Assembly (NCBI RefSeq): GCF_000012905.2 | Contig: NC_007493.2 | Coordinates: 780,001-812,000 of the forward strand | Reading direction: 5' to 3' | DNA length: 32,000 bases | From: Cereibacter sphaeroides 2.4.1 | Lineage (GTDB): Bacteria > Pseudomonadota > Alphaproteobacteria > Rhodobacterales > Rhodobacteraceae | Shown here: in pieces, positions 1-8,655 of the stretch | How positions within the stretch are numbered: the first letter of the stretch is position 1 | How the letters are laid out: every line of letters starts with the position of its first letter | The notes under the pieces: model-generated | What the model was told of the DNA's origin: nothing | The model's input: the letters and a program-made list of their open reading frames with translations, nothing else | Database searches by the model: none | Position numbers and translations under genes: made by a program

Positions 1-752
1 AAAGAGCGTGCCGGTGCGCGCGAAGCCCGTCTGCACCTCGTCGGCGATCATGACGATCCCGTGCGCATCGCAGAGCTGCCGGATCGCCCGCACCAGATCC
101 GGCGGCGCGGGATAGAAGCCGCCCTCGCCCTGCACCGGCTCGAAGATGATCGCGGCCACGCGGCCCGGGTCGAGGTCGGCCTTGAAGAGCCGGGCGAGGG
201 CCGCCATGGCCCCTCGGTCGAGATGCCGTGCAGCGCCTGCGGGAAGGGGACGTGGTAGACCTCGGGCATCATCGTGCCGAAGCCCTTCTTGTAGGGCTCG
301 ACCTTGCCGGTGAGCGACATGGTCATGAAGGTGCGGCCGTGGAAGCCGCCGCCGAAGGCCACGACGGCCGAGCGCCCGGTGTGGATGCGCGCGATCTTGA
401 TCGCATTCTCGACCGATTCGGCGCCGGTGGTGACGAAGACCGTCTTCTTGGGGAAGTCGCCCGGCGCCGCGGCATTCAGCCGCTCGGCGAGGCGGATGTA
501 ATTCTCATAGGGCAGCACCTGATGGCAGGTGTGGGTGAAGCGGCCCATCTGCTCGGCGACCGCAGCCATGACCTTCGGGTGGCAGTGGCCGGTGTTCACC
601 ACCGCGATGCCGGCCGCGAAATCGATGTAGCGGCGCCCCTCGATGTCCCAGATCTCGGCATTGACCGCGCGGTCGGCATAGATCTGGGTCTGCATCCCCA
701 CGCCGCGCGACACGGCTTCGGTGCGGCGGCGGCTTACGTCGGCATTCAGCAT
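1..752 (-). pseudogene. gabT: 4-aminobutyrate / class-III PLP aminotransferase (GabT-like). The 3' end runs off the window and the reading frame is interrupted near 211-222.
   Basis: Start is ATG at 752-750, preceded by GAGGGAG. The N-terminus MLNADVSRRRTEAVSRGVG...IDFAAGIAVVNTGHCHPKV...VTTGAESVENAIKIAR...GGFHGRT is collinear with my recollection of E. coli GabT. The conserved continuation AMAALARLFKADLDPGRVAAIIFEPVQGEGGFY...IADEVQTGFARTGTLF lies in a different minus frame, whose codons end at position 1. Confidence 0.75.
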
Positions 753-1004
753 CACTGGCTCCCTCAAGGCCCCCGGGGGCGGATCCTCTCCTGACTGGAC
801 CGGAGGGCGGCGGCTTTCTGTCCAGCGGGCGACAGGGCAGCGTCCGACTCCGGCCTCGGAGAGGATAACCGGCGGGCCGCCGTTCACCAGCCGTTAACCA
901 TTCGCCCGCAGGCTCGGAGGCCGGTCGATCCTGCGGCTCCCGGCCGGGTCGCGACTTCCTCTCCGGCCGCCCGCGCGCGGCCGCCGCACCGGCGAAAGGC
1001 ATCC

Positions 1005-2123
1005 ATGCGGGCCAAGGCGCAGAAACCCATCTCTTCCCCGGCCGAGGCCGAGTGGCTCGACCGGCTGCGGCTGATCCGCTCGCGGCGGGTGGGGCCGGCC
1101 ACCTGGCGGCGGCTGATGGCCGAGCACGGAACGGCGGCCGGGGCGCTGGCGGCGCTGCCCGGCGTGGCGGCGGCGGCCGGGATCGAGGGCTACGAGGTCT
1201 GCCCGCTGCCCGTCGCGCTGAAGGAGATGGCGGCGGCGCGCGCGGCAGGCGCCGCGATGCTCTGGCTCGACGAGCCGGGCTATCCGCCTCTCCTCGGCCA
1301 GATCGGCGATGCGCCTCCCCTTCTCTGGCTGCAGGGCGATCCGGGCCTTCTGGCGCGGCCCATGGTCGCGCTGGTGGGGGCGCGCAACGCCTCGAGCCTC
1401 GGGCTGCGCATGGCGCGCAAGCTCGCCGCGGCGCTGGGCGAGGCGGGCTATGTCGTCGTCTCGGGCCTCGCCCGCGGCATCGATGCCGAGGCCCATGCGG
1501 CGGCGCTGGGGCAGGGGACGGTCGCGGTGCAGGCGGGGGGCGTGGATGTGATCTACCCGGCCGAGAATGCGGGCCTCGCCGCCGAGATCGCCGCCCGCGG
1601 CTGCCGGATCTCGGAGCAGCCCATGGGCCTCGTGCCGCAGGCCCGCCACTTCCCGCTGCGCAACCGCATCGTCTCGGGGCTGGCGCGCGCGGTGGTGGTG
1701 GTGGAGGCGGCGGCCCGGTCGGGCAGCCTCATCACGGCGCGCGAGGCGCTCGATCAGGGGCGCGAGGTGCTGGCGGTGCCGGGCCATCCGTTCGATCCGC
1801 GCGCGGCGGGCGGCAACCAGCTCATCCGCGAGGGCGCCACGCTGGTGCGCCATGCCGCCGATGTGATCGAGGCGATCGGCACGGCCCATCCCGCGGCGCG
1901 GTCGCCCGAGCCGCAGCCCGATCCGCCGCGCCGGCCTCTCTACGAGATCTCGGCCGTCCACAGCCGGATCCTCGACCGGCTGGGACCTGTGCCCGTGCCC
2001 GAGGATCAGCTCATCCGCGATCTGTCGCTGCCCGCGGGCCGCGTGGCGCAGGAGCTGGTGGCGCTGGAGCTCGAGGGGCGGATCCAGCGCGATCCGGGCG
2101 GCCTCGTCTCGCGCCCGGAGTGA
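1005..2123 (+). CDS. dprA: DNA-processing protein DprA (Smf)
   Basis: 372-aa ORF with GAAAGG 5 nt upstream of the ATG. It carries DprA Rossmann-fold motifs: VALVGARNAS, VVSGLARGIDAEAH, GTVAVQAGGVDVIYPAEN, PLRNRIVSGL, VVVVEAAARSGSLITAREALDQGREVLAVPG. High GC3. Confidence 0.9.
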   Translation: MRAKAQKPISSPAEAEWLDRLRLIRSRRVGPATWRRLMAEHGTAAGALAALPGVAAAAGIEGYEVCPLPVALKEMAAARAAGAAMLWLDEPGYPPLLGQIGDAPPLLWLQGDPGLLARPMVALVGARNASSLGLRMARKLAAALGEAGYVVVSGLARGIDAEAHAAALGQGTVAVQAGGVDVIYPAENAGLAAEIAARGCRISEQPMGLVPQARHFPLRNRIVSGLARAVVVVEAAARSGSLITAREALDQGREVLAVPGHPFDPRAAGGNQLIREGATLVRHAADVIEAIGTAHPAARSPEPQPDPPRRPLYEISAVHSRILDRLGPVPVPEDQLIRDLSLPAGRVAQELVALELEGRIQRDPGGLVSRPE

Positions 2124-2370
2124 GGTCCGCGCCGCGCAAGGACCCGGAGCGGGCGTCCCGCAGCGGCGCGGCTGGGGGCGCTCGGGCGCCCGCCGGGAGC
2201 GTTTCCCCACCCGCGGCAGCGCCGGCCGCGAGGCCCTTTGCGCTCCGCCGGGACGGTGCGGCCCGCCGTCCGGCGGGCGATCCGCCGCCGAGCCGCGCAT
2301 TGACATTGGCGCGCGATCCCCCACATGGTGCCGCGCTTATCCGCAGGTCGCAGGGCAAGAAGAGGGTTCC

Positions 2371-5025
2371 ATGGCTGTCGTCGTCGTCGAAAGCCCGGCC
2401 AAGGCCAAGACAATCAACAAATACCTGGGCTCCGACTATACGGTTCTGGCCTCCTATGGCCATGTCCGCGACCTGCCTCCCAAGGACGGATCGGTCGATC
2501 CCGAGCATGAATTCGCCATGACCTGGGAGGTCGCGGCGGATTCGAAGAAGCATGTCCGCGCCATCGCCGACGCGCTGAAGACCGACGACACGCTCATTCT
2601 CGCAACCGACCCAGACCGCGAGGGCGAGGCGATCTCGTGGCACCTGCAGGAGGCGCTGGCCTCCTCGCTGAAGAAGGGCAAGACCGTCCGCCGCGTGACC
2701 TTCAACGCGATCACCAAATCGGCGGTGACCGAGGCGATGAAGGCTCCGCGCGAGGTCGATACCGCGCTGGTCGAGGCCTATCTGGCCCGCCGGGCGCTCG
2801 ACTATCTGGTGGGCTTCACCCTCTCGCCGGTGCTCTGGCGGAAGCTGCCGGGGGCGAAATCGGCGGGCCGGGTGCAGTCCGTGTGCCTGCGGCTCATCGT
2901 CGAGCGCGAGATGGAGATCGAGGCCTTCCGCGCCCGCGAATTCTGGACCGTCTCGGCCGTTCTCGCCACCCCGCGCGGGCAGGAATTCGAGGCCCGTCTG
3001 ACCGTGCTCGGCGGAAAGAAGCTCGAGAAGTTCGACCTGGCCACCTCCGAGGCGGCGGAACTCGCCGTGCAGGCCGTGACCTCGCGGCCGCTGAAGGTGG
3101 CCTCGGTCGAGGCCAAGCCCGCGAGCCGGAACCCCTCGGCCCCGTTCATGACCTCGACCCTCCAGCAGGAGGCGTCGCGCAAGTTCGGCATGGGCGCGAA
3201 ACAGTGCATGTCGGCGGCGCAAAGGCTCTATGAGGCGGGCCACATCACCTACATGCGGACCGACGGCATCGACATGGCGCCCGAGGCCGTGATGGCCGCG
3301 CGCGACGAGATCAAGCGGCGCTTCGGGGCGAACTACGTGCCCGACAGCCCGCGCATGTACAAGAACAAGGCCAAGAACGCGCAGGAAGCCCACGAGTGCA
3401 TCCGGCCCACCGACATGTCGGCCTCGCCCGAGAAGCTGGGGCTGACCGACACCGACCAGCGCAAGCTCTACGAGCTGATCTGGAAGCGGACGCTGGCCAG
3501 CCAGATGGCCGCGGCGCGGCTCGAGCGGACCACGGTCGAGATCGCCTCGCCCGACGGGCAGGTGGGCCTGCGCGCCACGGGTCAGGTCGTGCTCTTCGAC
3601 GGCTTCCTCAAGGTCTACGAGGAGGGGCGCGATGACCGCAGCGACGGCGACGAGGACGATGAGGGCCGCCTGCCGCAGATCATGGCGAACGAGGCGGTGG
3701 AAAAGAAATCCATCACGCCCGAGCAGCACCACACCCAGCCGCCGCCGCGCTATACCGAGGCGACGCTGGTCAAGCGGATGGAGGAGCTGGGCATCGGCCG
3801 GCCCTCGACCTATGCCAGCATCGTCTCGACGATCCAGGACCGGGAATATGTCCGCAAGGACAAGAATCGGCTGATCCCCGAGGACAAGGGGCGGCTGGTC
3901 ACGGCCTTCCTCGCGAACTTCTTCCGCAAATATGTGGAATACGATTTCACCGCCGATCTCGAGGGCGAACTCGACGACGTCTCGGCGGGCGAGCGGAACT
4001 ACAAGGAAGTGCTCGCGCGCTTCTGGCGCGACTTCTCGGCCGCCGTGGCCGAGACGGCCGATCTGCGCATCGGCGAGGTGCTCGACAAGCTCGACGAGTT
4101 CCTCGCCCCCCATCTCTATCCGCCGCGGCCCGACGGGTCGGATCCGCGGATCTGCCCGACCTGCGGCTCGGGGCGTCTGCATCTGAAGACGGCGCGGGGC
4201 GGCGGGGCCTTCATCGGCTGCGGCAACTATCCCGACTGCCGCTACACGCGGCCGATCTCGGTCACGGGCGACGAGGAGAATGCGATCTCGCCCGACGGCA
4301 AGCTTCTGGGCCATGACGAGGACGGCGCGCCGATCTCGCTGCGCTCGGGCCGGTTCGGGCCCTACGTCCAGAAGGGCGAGGTCACGGCCGAGGTGCCGAA
4401 ACCGCCGCGGGCGAGCCTGCCCAAGGGCTGGGCGCCCGACACGGTCGATCTCGACCGCGCGCTGATGCTGCTGAACCTGCCGCGCCTCGTGGGCAGCCAC
4501 CCCGAGGACGGCCAGCCGGTCGAGGCGGCCATCGGCCGCTATGGGCCTTACGTCAAGCATGGCTCGACCTATGCGAACCTGCCGGATGTGGAGGAGGTCT
4601 TCACCATCGGCATGAACCGCGCGGTCGAGGTGCTGGCGCAGAAGGCGGCCGGCCGCCGGGGCGCCTCGGCGCCGGCGCAGCCGATCAAGGAGCTGGGCGA
4701 GCATCCCGACGGCGGCCTCCTTGCCGTGATGCCGGGCCGCTACGGGCCCTACGTCAAGTGGGGCAAGGTCAATGCCACGATCCCGAAAGGGATCGAGCCC
4801 GAGGCGATCACCCTTGAGGAAGCTCTGGCGCTGGTGGCCGAGAAGGCCGGCAAGGCGCCGAAGAAGAAGGCGCCCGCCCGGAAGGCCAAGGCCGAGGAGG
4901 GAGCGCCGAAGAAGGCTGCGCCCAAGAAGGCCGCCGCCAAGACGACCAAGACGGCCGCCAAGAAGCCGGCTGCCGCGAAATCCACGGCCAAGAAGAAGGC
5001 GGCGCCGGATACCGACGCCGCCTGA
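2371..5025 (+). CDS. topA: DNA topoisomerase I (type IA)
   Basis: 884-aa ORF with AGAGGG 4 nt upstream. It has a Toprim N-terminus (VVVVESPAKAKTINKYLG), the DPDREGEAISWH motif and the active-site region ITYMRTD. The C-terminal part has one C4 zinc ribbon, three GR[FY]GPYV repeats and a Lys/Ala/Pro-rich tail. Confidence 0.97.
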   Translation: MAVVVVESPAKAKTINKYLGSDYTVLASYGHVRDLPPKDGSVDPEHEFAMTWEVAADSKKHVRAIADALKTDDTLILATDPDREGEAISWHLQEALASSLKKGKTVRRVTFNAITKSAVTEAMKAPREVDTALVEAYLARRALDYLVGFTLSPVLWRKLPGAKSAGRVQSVCLRLIVEREMEIEAFRAREFWTVSAVLATPRGQEFEARLTVLGGKKLEKFDLATSEAAELAVQAVTSRPLKVASVEAKPASRNPSAPFMTSTLQQEASRKFGMGAKQCMSAAQRLYEAGHITYMRTDGIDMAPEAVMAARDEIKRRFGANYVPDSPRMYKNKAKNAQEAHECIRPTDMSASPEKLGLTDTDQRKLYELIWKRTLASQMAAARLERTTVEIASPDGQVGLRATGQVVLFDGFLKVYEEGRDDRSDGDEDDEGRLPQIMANEAVEKKSITPEQHHTQPPPRYTEATLVKRMEELGIGRPSTYASIVSTIQDREYVRKDKNRLIPEDKGRLVTAFLANFFRKYVEYDFTADLEGELDDVSAGERNYKEVLARFWRDFSAAVAETADLRIGEVLDKLDEFLAPHLYPPRPDGSDPRICPTCGSGRLHLKTARGGGAFIGCGNYPDCRYTRPISVTGDEENAISPDGKLLGHDEDGAPISLRSGRFGPYVQKGEVTAEVPKPPRASLPKGWAPDTVDLDRALMLLNLPRLVGSHPEDGQPVEAAIGRYGPYVKHGSTYANLPDVEEVFTIGMNRAVEVLAQKAAGRRGASAPAQPIKELGEHPDGGLLAVMPGRYGPYVKWGKVNATIPKGIEPEAITLEEALALVAEKAGKAPKKKAPARKAKAEEGAPKKAAPKKAAAKTTKTAAKKPAAAKSTAKKKAAPDTDAA

Positions 5026-5032
5026 CGGAAGA

Positions 5033-5062
5033 AGCCTGCCGGTCGGGGAACCGTCCGGCGGG
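5033..5062. terminator. GC-rich stem-loop between convergent topA and choV; probable bidirectional terminator without a clear U-tract
   Basis: gcctgccggtcgg-GGAA-ccgtccggcgggc forms about 12 bp (one G.U, one mismatch) with a GGAA tetraloop. It sits 8 nt after the topA stop and 12 nt after the choV stop. Confidence 0.5.
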
Positions 5063-5073
5063 CGGTTCGGGCC

Positions 5074-6102
5074 TCAGACCGTGCCGCGCGGGTCGATGAG
5101 GCGGCCCATCACCGCCTCGGGGCGGATCGTGCCGATCACCGATCCGCTCTCGGTCACCGCCAGTTCTCCGGCGCCGTCGCGCAGCATCTCCATCACCGTG
5201 CGCACCGTGCAGTCTGCCCCGACGCTCTGGCCGGCGGGGGAGGGCCCCGCCTCCATCACGTCGCGCGCGGTCAGCACGCCCAGCGGGTTCATGTGGGCCA
5301 CGAAATCGGCCACATAGTCCGACACCGGATTGGCGATGATCTGGCGCGCGGTGCCGCACTGGACGATGCGTCCGCCCTCCATCAGCGCGATGCGATTGCC
5401 GATCTTGAATGCCTCGTCGAGGTCGTGGCTCACGAAGATGATCGTGCGCTTCAGCTTGCGCTGGAGGTCCAGAAGCTCGTCCTGCAGCCGCGAGCGGATC
5501 AGCGGATCGAGCGCCGAGAAGGGCTCGTCCATCAGCAGGATCGGCGCCTGGGTCACGAAGGCGCGGGCGAGGCCCACGCGCTGCTGCATCCCGCCCGAGA
5601 GCTCGCCCACCTTCCGGTCGGCCCAGGCCGAGAGGTTGACAAGTGTCAACTGCTCGTCCACCAGCGCCCGCCGGTCCCTCGGCGACATGCCCGCCATCTC
5701 GAGCCCAAGGCCCACATTGTCGCGCACGGTCCGCCAGGGCAGCAGGCCGAACTGCTGAAAGACCATGGCGATCCGGCTGAGGCGCAGTCGGCGCAGGTCG
5801 GCCGGCGTGGCGTGCGTCACCGACACCATCCGGTCGCCGTCCGAGACGCGCACCTCGCCCCGCACGACGGGGTTGAGCCCGTTCACGCCGCGCAGGAGCG
5901 TCGACTTGCCCGAGCCCGACAGGCCCATGAGCACGAGGATCTCGCCCTCGGCCACGGTGAGCGAGCAGTCGTGCACGCCGAGCACCTGTCCCGTCTCGGC
6001 CTGCACCTCGGAGCGGCTCTGCCCGCGGTCCATCAGGGGCAGGGCCCGTTCGGGATGATCGCCGAAGACGATGGAGACCCGGTCGAATTCCACGGCGGTC
6101 AT
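5074..6102 (-). CDS. choV: Choline/glycine-betaine ABC transporter ATP-binding protein (OpuA/ProV/ChoV type)
   Basis: 342 aa starting from MTAVEFDRVSIVFG. It has Walker A GLSGSGKST, signature LSGGMQQRVGLARA, Walker B ILLMDEPFSALD and a C-terminal CBS-like segment. Its ATG (6102-6100) overlaps the choW stop as ATGA. Confidence 0.9.
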   Translation of the reverse strand: MTAVEFDRVSIVFGDHPERALPLMDRGQSRSEVQAETGQVLGVHDCSLTVAEGEILVLMGLSGSGKSTLLRGVNGLNPVVRGEVRVSDGDRMVSVTHATPADLRRLRLSRIAMVFQQFGLLPWRTVRDNVGLGLEMAGMSPRDRRALVDEQLTLVNLSAWADRKVGELSGGMQQRVGLARAFVTQAPILLMDEPFSALDPLIRSRLQDELLDLQRKLKRTIIFVSHDLDEAFKIGNRIALMEGGRIVQCGTARQIIANPVSDYVADFVAHMNPLGVLTARDVMEAGPSPAGQSVGADCTVRTVMEMLRDGAGELAVTESGSVIGTIRPEAVMGRLIDPRGTV

Positions 6103-6953
6103 TTGCGCGTCACCCTCAACATGCGGTCCAGGACAATCGCCACGACGACGATGATGAAGCCCGACTCGAAGCCGAGGGCGGTATTGACGGTGTTGAGCGC
6201 CCGCACCACCGGCACGCCGAGCCCGTTCGCCCCCACGAGCGCCGCGATGACGACCATCGAGAGCGAGAGCATGATGGTCTGGTTGAGGCCGGTCATGATC
6301 TGGGGAAAGGCGTACGGCAGCTCGACCTTCCAGAGCCGCTGGCGGGGCGTCGCCCCGAAGGCGGTCGCGGCCTCCTTCAGCGCCATCGGCGTCGAGGCGA
6401 TGCCGAGATGCGTAAGCCGGATCGGCGCAGGCAGCACGAAGATCACCGTGGCGATCAGGCCGGGCACCATGCCGAGACCGAAGAAGACGATGGCCGGGAT
6501 CAAATAGACGAAGGTCGGCAGGGTCTGCATCAGGTCGAGCACGGGGCTCATCGCCTGATAGAGCCGCGGCCGGTGGGCGGCGGCGATCCCGAGCGGCACG
6601 CCGATCGCCATGCAGGTGACGCAGGCCAGAACGATCAGCGTCAGGCTCTGCATCGTCTCGTCCCAGTAGCCCTGGTTCAGGATGAAGGCGAAGCCTGCCA
6701 CCACCAGCGCCGTGACGCGCCAGTTGCGCTGGAGGATCCAGGCGAGTGCCGCGAGGATCGCGATCACCAGAAGCGGCGGTGCCGCATCCAGCACGTTCAG
6801 CATGGCGTCGATCACCGCCTGCATCATGCGGCTGATCAGATTGAAGAACGGCCCGCCATTCGCATTGAGCCAGTCGAAGCCCATCTTCGACCAGCGGCCG
6901 ACAGGCAATTTGTGATCGGTCAGCCAGCCGAGATCGGTGAGCCAATCCAACAT
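6099..6953 (-). CDS. choW: Choline/glycine-betaine ABC transporter permease
   Basis: Multi-TM protein with the ABC permease EAA-like region (ASTPMALKEAATAFGATPRQRLWKVELP). I place the start at ATG 6953 (MLDWLTD...HKLPVG). The ORF track starts two codons earlier at GTG 6959, so the start is uncertain by 6 nt. Confidence 0.85.
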   Translation of the reverse strand: MLDWLTDLGWLTDHKLPVGRWSKMGFDWLNANGGPFFNLISRMMQAVIDAMLNVLDAAPPLLVIAILAALAWILQRNWRVTALVVAGFAFILNQGYWDETMQSLTLIVLACVTCMAIGVPLGIAAAHRPRLYQAMSPVLDLMQTLPTFVYLIPAIVFFGLGMVPGLIATVIFVLPAPIRLTHLGIASTPMALKEAATAFGATPRQRLWKVELPYAFPQIMTGLNQTIMLSLSMVVIAALVGANGLGVPVVRALNTVNTALGFESGFIIVVVAIVLDRMLRVTRK

Positions 6954-6980
6954 GCGCACCCCGTGTGGTGGATCATGGAA

Positions 6981-7050
6981 GGCGGCCCCGTGGCGGGCCG
7001 CCGAGGTCTGCCGGGATCAGACGGCGCGCGCCCCGGGCGGGACGCGCGCC
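6981..7050 (-). promoter_or_regulatory. Two GC-rich intercistronic stem-loops between choX and choW
   Basis: First stem-loop: ggcggccc-N6-gggccgcc (6981-7002). Second: ggcgcgcg-N12-cgcgcgcc (7023-7050). Each is a perfect 8-bp stem, and the second lies 8 nt downstream of the choX stop. Confidence 0.45.
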
Positions 7051-7057
7051 GGACGGA

Positions 7058-7984
7058 TCAGAGGCCGAGGGCTTCCTTGACCACCGGCAGCGCGTCCTTG
7101 CCGTCCACCGTCGTCACGCCGGCGAGCCAGGGATCGACGGTTTCCGGGTTGGCCTTCAGCCATTCCATCACCGCCGCATCGGGCTCCATCCCGTCGTCGA
7201 GGATCTTGCCCATGATCTCGTTCTCCATGGGCAGGGTGAATTTCTGCTGCGACAGCATCTTGGTCACGTTCGGGCAGTCTTCCTTGAAGCCCTTGCGCGC
7301 CACGGTCTTGACCACGCCGTCCTCGCCGAAGAAATCCTCGCCGCCCGGCAGGTATTTCAGCGAGAAGGTGGCGTTCATCGGGTGGGGCTCCCAGCCGAGG
7401 AAGACCACGCCCTTCTCCTGCGGATAGAAGCGGGCGACCTGCGCCAGCATCCCCTGCTCGGAGCTCTGGACGACCTCGAACCCTTCGAGCGGCTTGCCGG
7501 CCTCGGTCAGGCTGATGAGATATTCGTTGCCCTCGTTGCCGGGCTCGATGCCGTAGACCTTGCCTTCCAGCTCGTCCTTGAACTTGGCGATGTCGCCGTA
7601 GCTCTTCAGGCCCTTGTCGTAGAGATAGGTCGGCACCGCGAGCGTGTATTTCGTGCCTTCGAGGTTCGTCGTGATCTCCTCGATGCTGCCCTTCTCGAGA
7701 TAGGGGCCGATGGCGCTTTCCTGAGCGGGAAGCCAGGTGCCGAGGAACACGTCCACGTCGCCCTTGTCCATCGAGGCGTAGGTCACGGGCACGCCGAGGA
7801 TGTCGACCTCGACCTCGTAGCCGAGCGCCTCGAGCACCTGACGGGTGGCGGAGGTGGTGACGGTGATGTCGGTCCAGCCCACGTCGGAGAAGGTCACCTC
7901 GCGGCACTGGTCCTGGGCGAGGGCAGTCCCGGCCATGGCCAGGGTCGAGGCGGCGGCCAGCAGGGCCTGTCGTATGGGCGTCAT
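7058..7984 (-). CDS. choX: Choline/glycine-betaine ABC transporter periplasmic substrate-binding protein (OpuAC family)
   Basis: Start is ATG at 7984 ([25 protein letters not shown], a signal peptide), preceded by GGAGA. Mature-protein motifs DVGWTDI, FLGTWLP and [10 protein letters not shown] are typical of ProX/ChoX-type binding proteins. It lies next to the bet genes. Confidence 0.88.
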   Translation of the reverse strand: MTPIRQALLAAASTLAMAGTALAQDQCREVTFSDVGWTDITVTTSATRQVLEALGYEVEVDILGVPVTYASMDKGDVDVFLGTWLPAQESAIGPYLEKGSIEEITTNLEGTKYTLAVPTYLYDKGLKSYGDIAKFKDELEGKVYGIEPGNEGNEYLISLTEAGKPLEGFEVVQSSEQGMLAQVARFYPQEKGVVFLGWEPHPMNATFSLKYLPGGEDFFGEDGVVKTVARKGFKEDCPNVTKMLSQQKFTLPMENEIMGKILDDGMEPDAAVMEWLKANPETVDPWLAGVTTVDGKDALPVVKEALGL

Positions 7985-8003
7985 GGTGTCTCCCCGTTTT
8001 TTG

Positions 8004-8023
8004 TTGATTGACGAGTCAATAAA
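8004..8023. promoter_or_regulatory. Candidate BetI (TetR-family) operator in the choX/betI divergent promoter region
   Basis: Sequence is TTGATTGAC-GA-GTCAATAAA. The core ATTGAC-GA-GTCAAT (8007-8020) is a perfect inverted repeat and the 9-2-9 arms match 8/9. It is AT-rich in a GC-rich genome, 20 nt from the choX ATG and 48 nt from the betI ATG. Confidence 0.5.
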
Positions 8024-8070
8024 CTTCACGATAGCTCGGCTTGGCAACCACAAAATCAGGTATTCTGCAC

Positions 8071-8655
8071 ATGCCGAAACTCGGTATGGAGCCTATCCGA
8101 AAGGCCGCGCTCGTCAAAGCCACGATCGTCGAGATCGGGCGGGCGGGTTCTCTCGATGTGACCGTGAGCCAGATCGCCAAGCGCGCGGGCATGTCTTCGG
8201 CCCTTGCCCACCACTACTTCGGTGGAAAGGAAGCGCTTTTCATTGCGGCGATGCGCCACGTCCTGTCGCTCTACGGGGCCGAGGTGCGGGGCGCGCTGCT
8301 CGGGGCGGAGACCCCGGCGGCCCGGATCACCGCCATCCTGCAGGCCTCGTTCTCGGCCACGAATTTCCGGCGCGAGGTGGTGGGGGCGTGGCTGAATTTC
8401 TACGTTCTGGCCCAGACCGCGCCCCAGGCGAGGCGGCTTCTGGCGATCTACCAGCGCCGTCTGCGGTCGAATCTCCTCGTCGGGCTGCGGCCCCTGGCCG
8501 GAGAGCGGGCGGCAGACCTCGCCGACGGTCTGGGCGCGCTGATCGACGGCCTCTATCTGCGCGAGGTGCTGAAGGAGGGCCCGCCCGACAGCGCGGCCGC
8601 CGTTGCCTGTGCCCGCGCCTATCTGAACGCCCATCTGAAGGAATGTCCCCTGTGA
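8071..8655 (+). CDS. betI: TetR-family transcriptional repressor BetI
   Basis: Start at ATG 8071 gives [57 protein letters not shown]. This matches the MPKLGM... N-terminus and HTH of E. coli BetI as I recall them. The track's TTG 8041 start is an upstream extension. Confidence 0.9.
   Translation: MPKLGMEPIRKAALVKATIVEIGRAGSLDVTVSQIAKRAGMSSALAHHYFGGKEALFIAAMRHVLSLYGAEVRGALLGAETPAARITAILQASFSATNFRREVVGAWLNFYVLAQTAPQARRLLAIYQRRLRSNLLVGLRPLAGERAADLADGLGALIDGLYLREVLKEGPPDSAAAVACARAYLNAHLKECPL

Noticed and set aside
2011-4704. An 897-aa ORF lies antisense to topA. Similar giant antisense or off-frame ORFs occur at 894..2324-, 8619..11864-, 15820..17526-, 19398..21116-, 21452..24220-, 25938..29261-, 28711..30948-, 12910..14283+ and 14225..15979+.
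   Set aside because: These are shadow ORFs, typical of very GC-rich DNA where stop codons are rare. Their translations are monotonous R/A/G/P/D/H-rich strings without motifs. Each lies opposite or out of frame to a gene with unmistakable family signatures and host-like third-position GC bias.
5074-6945. A 623-aa ORF appears to fuse the permease region to the ATPase.
   Set aside because: Only the C-terminal 342 aa (from MTAVEFDRV at 6102) are ABC-ATPase sequence. The upstream part is an out-of-frame read through choW, which has its own convincing membrane-protein frame (6099..6953) and an ATGA overlap with choV.
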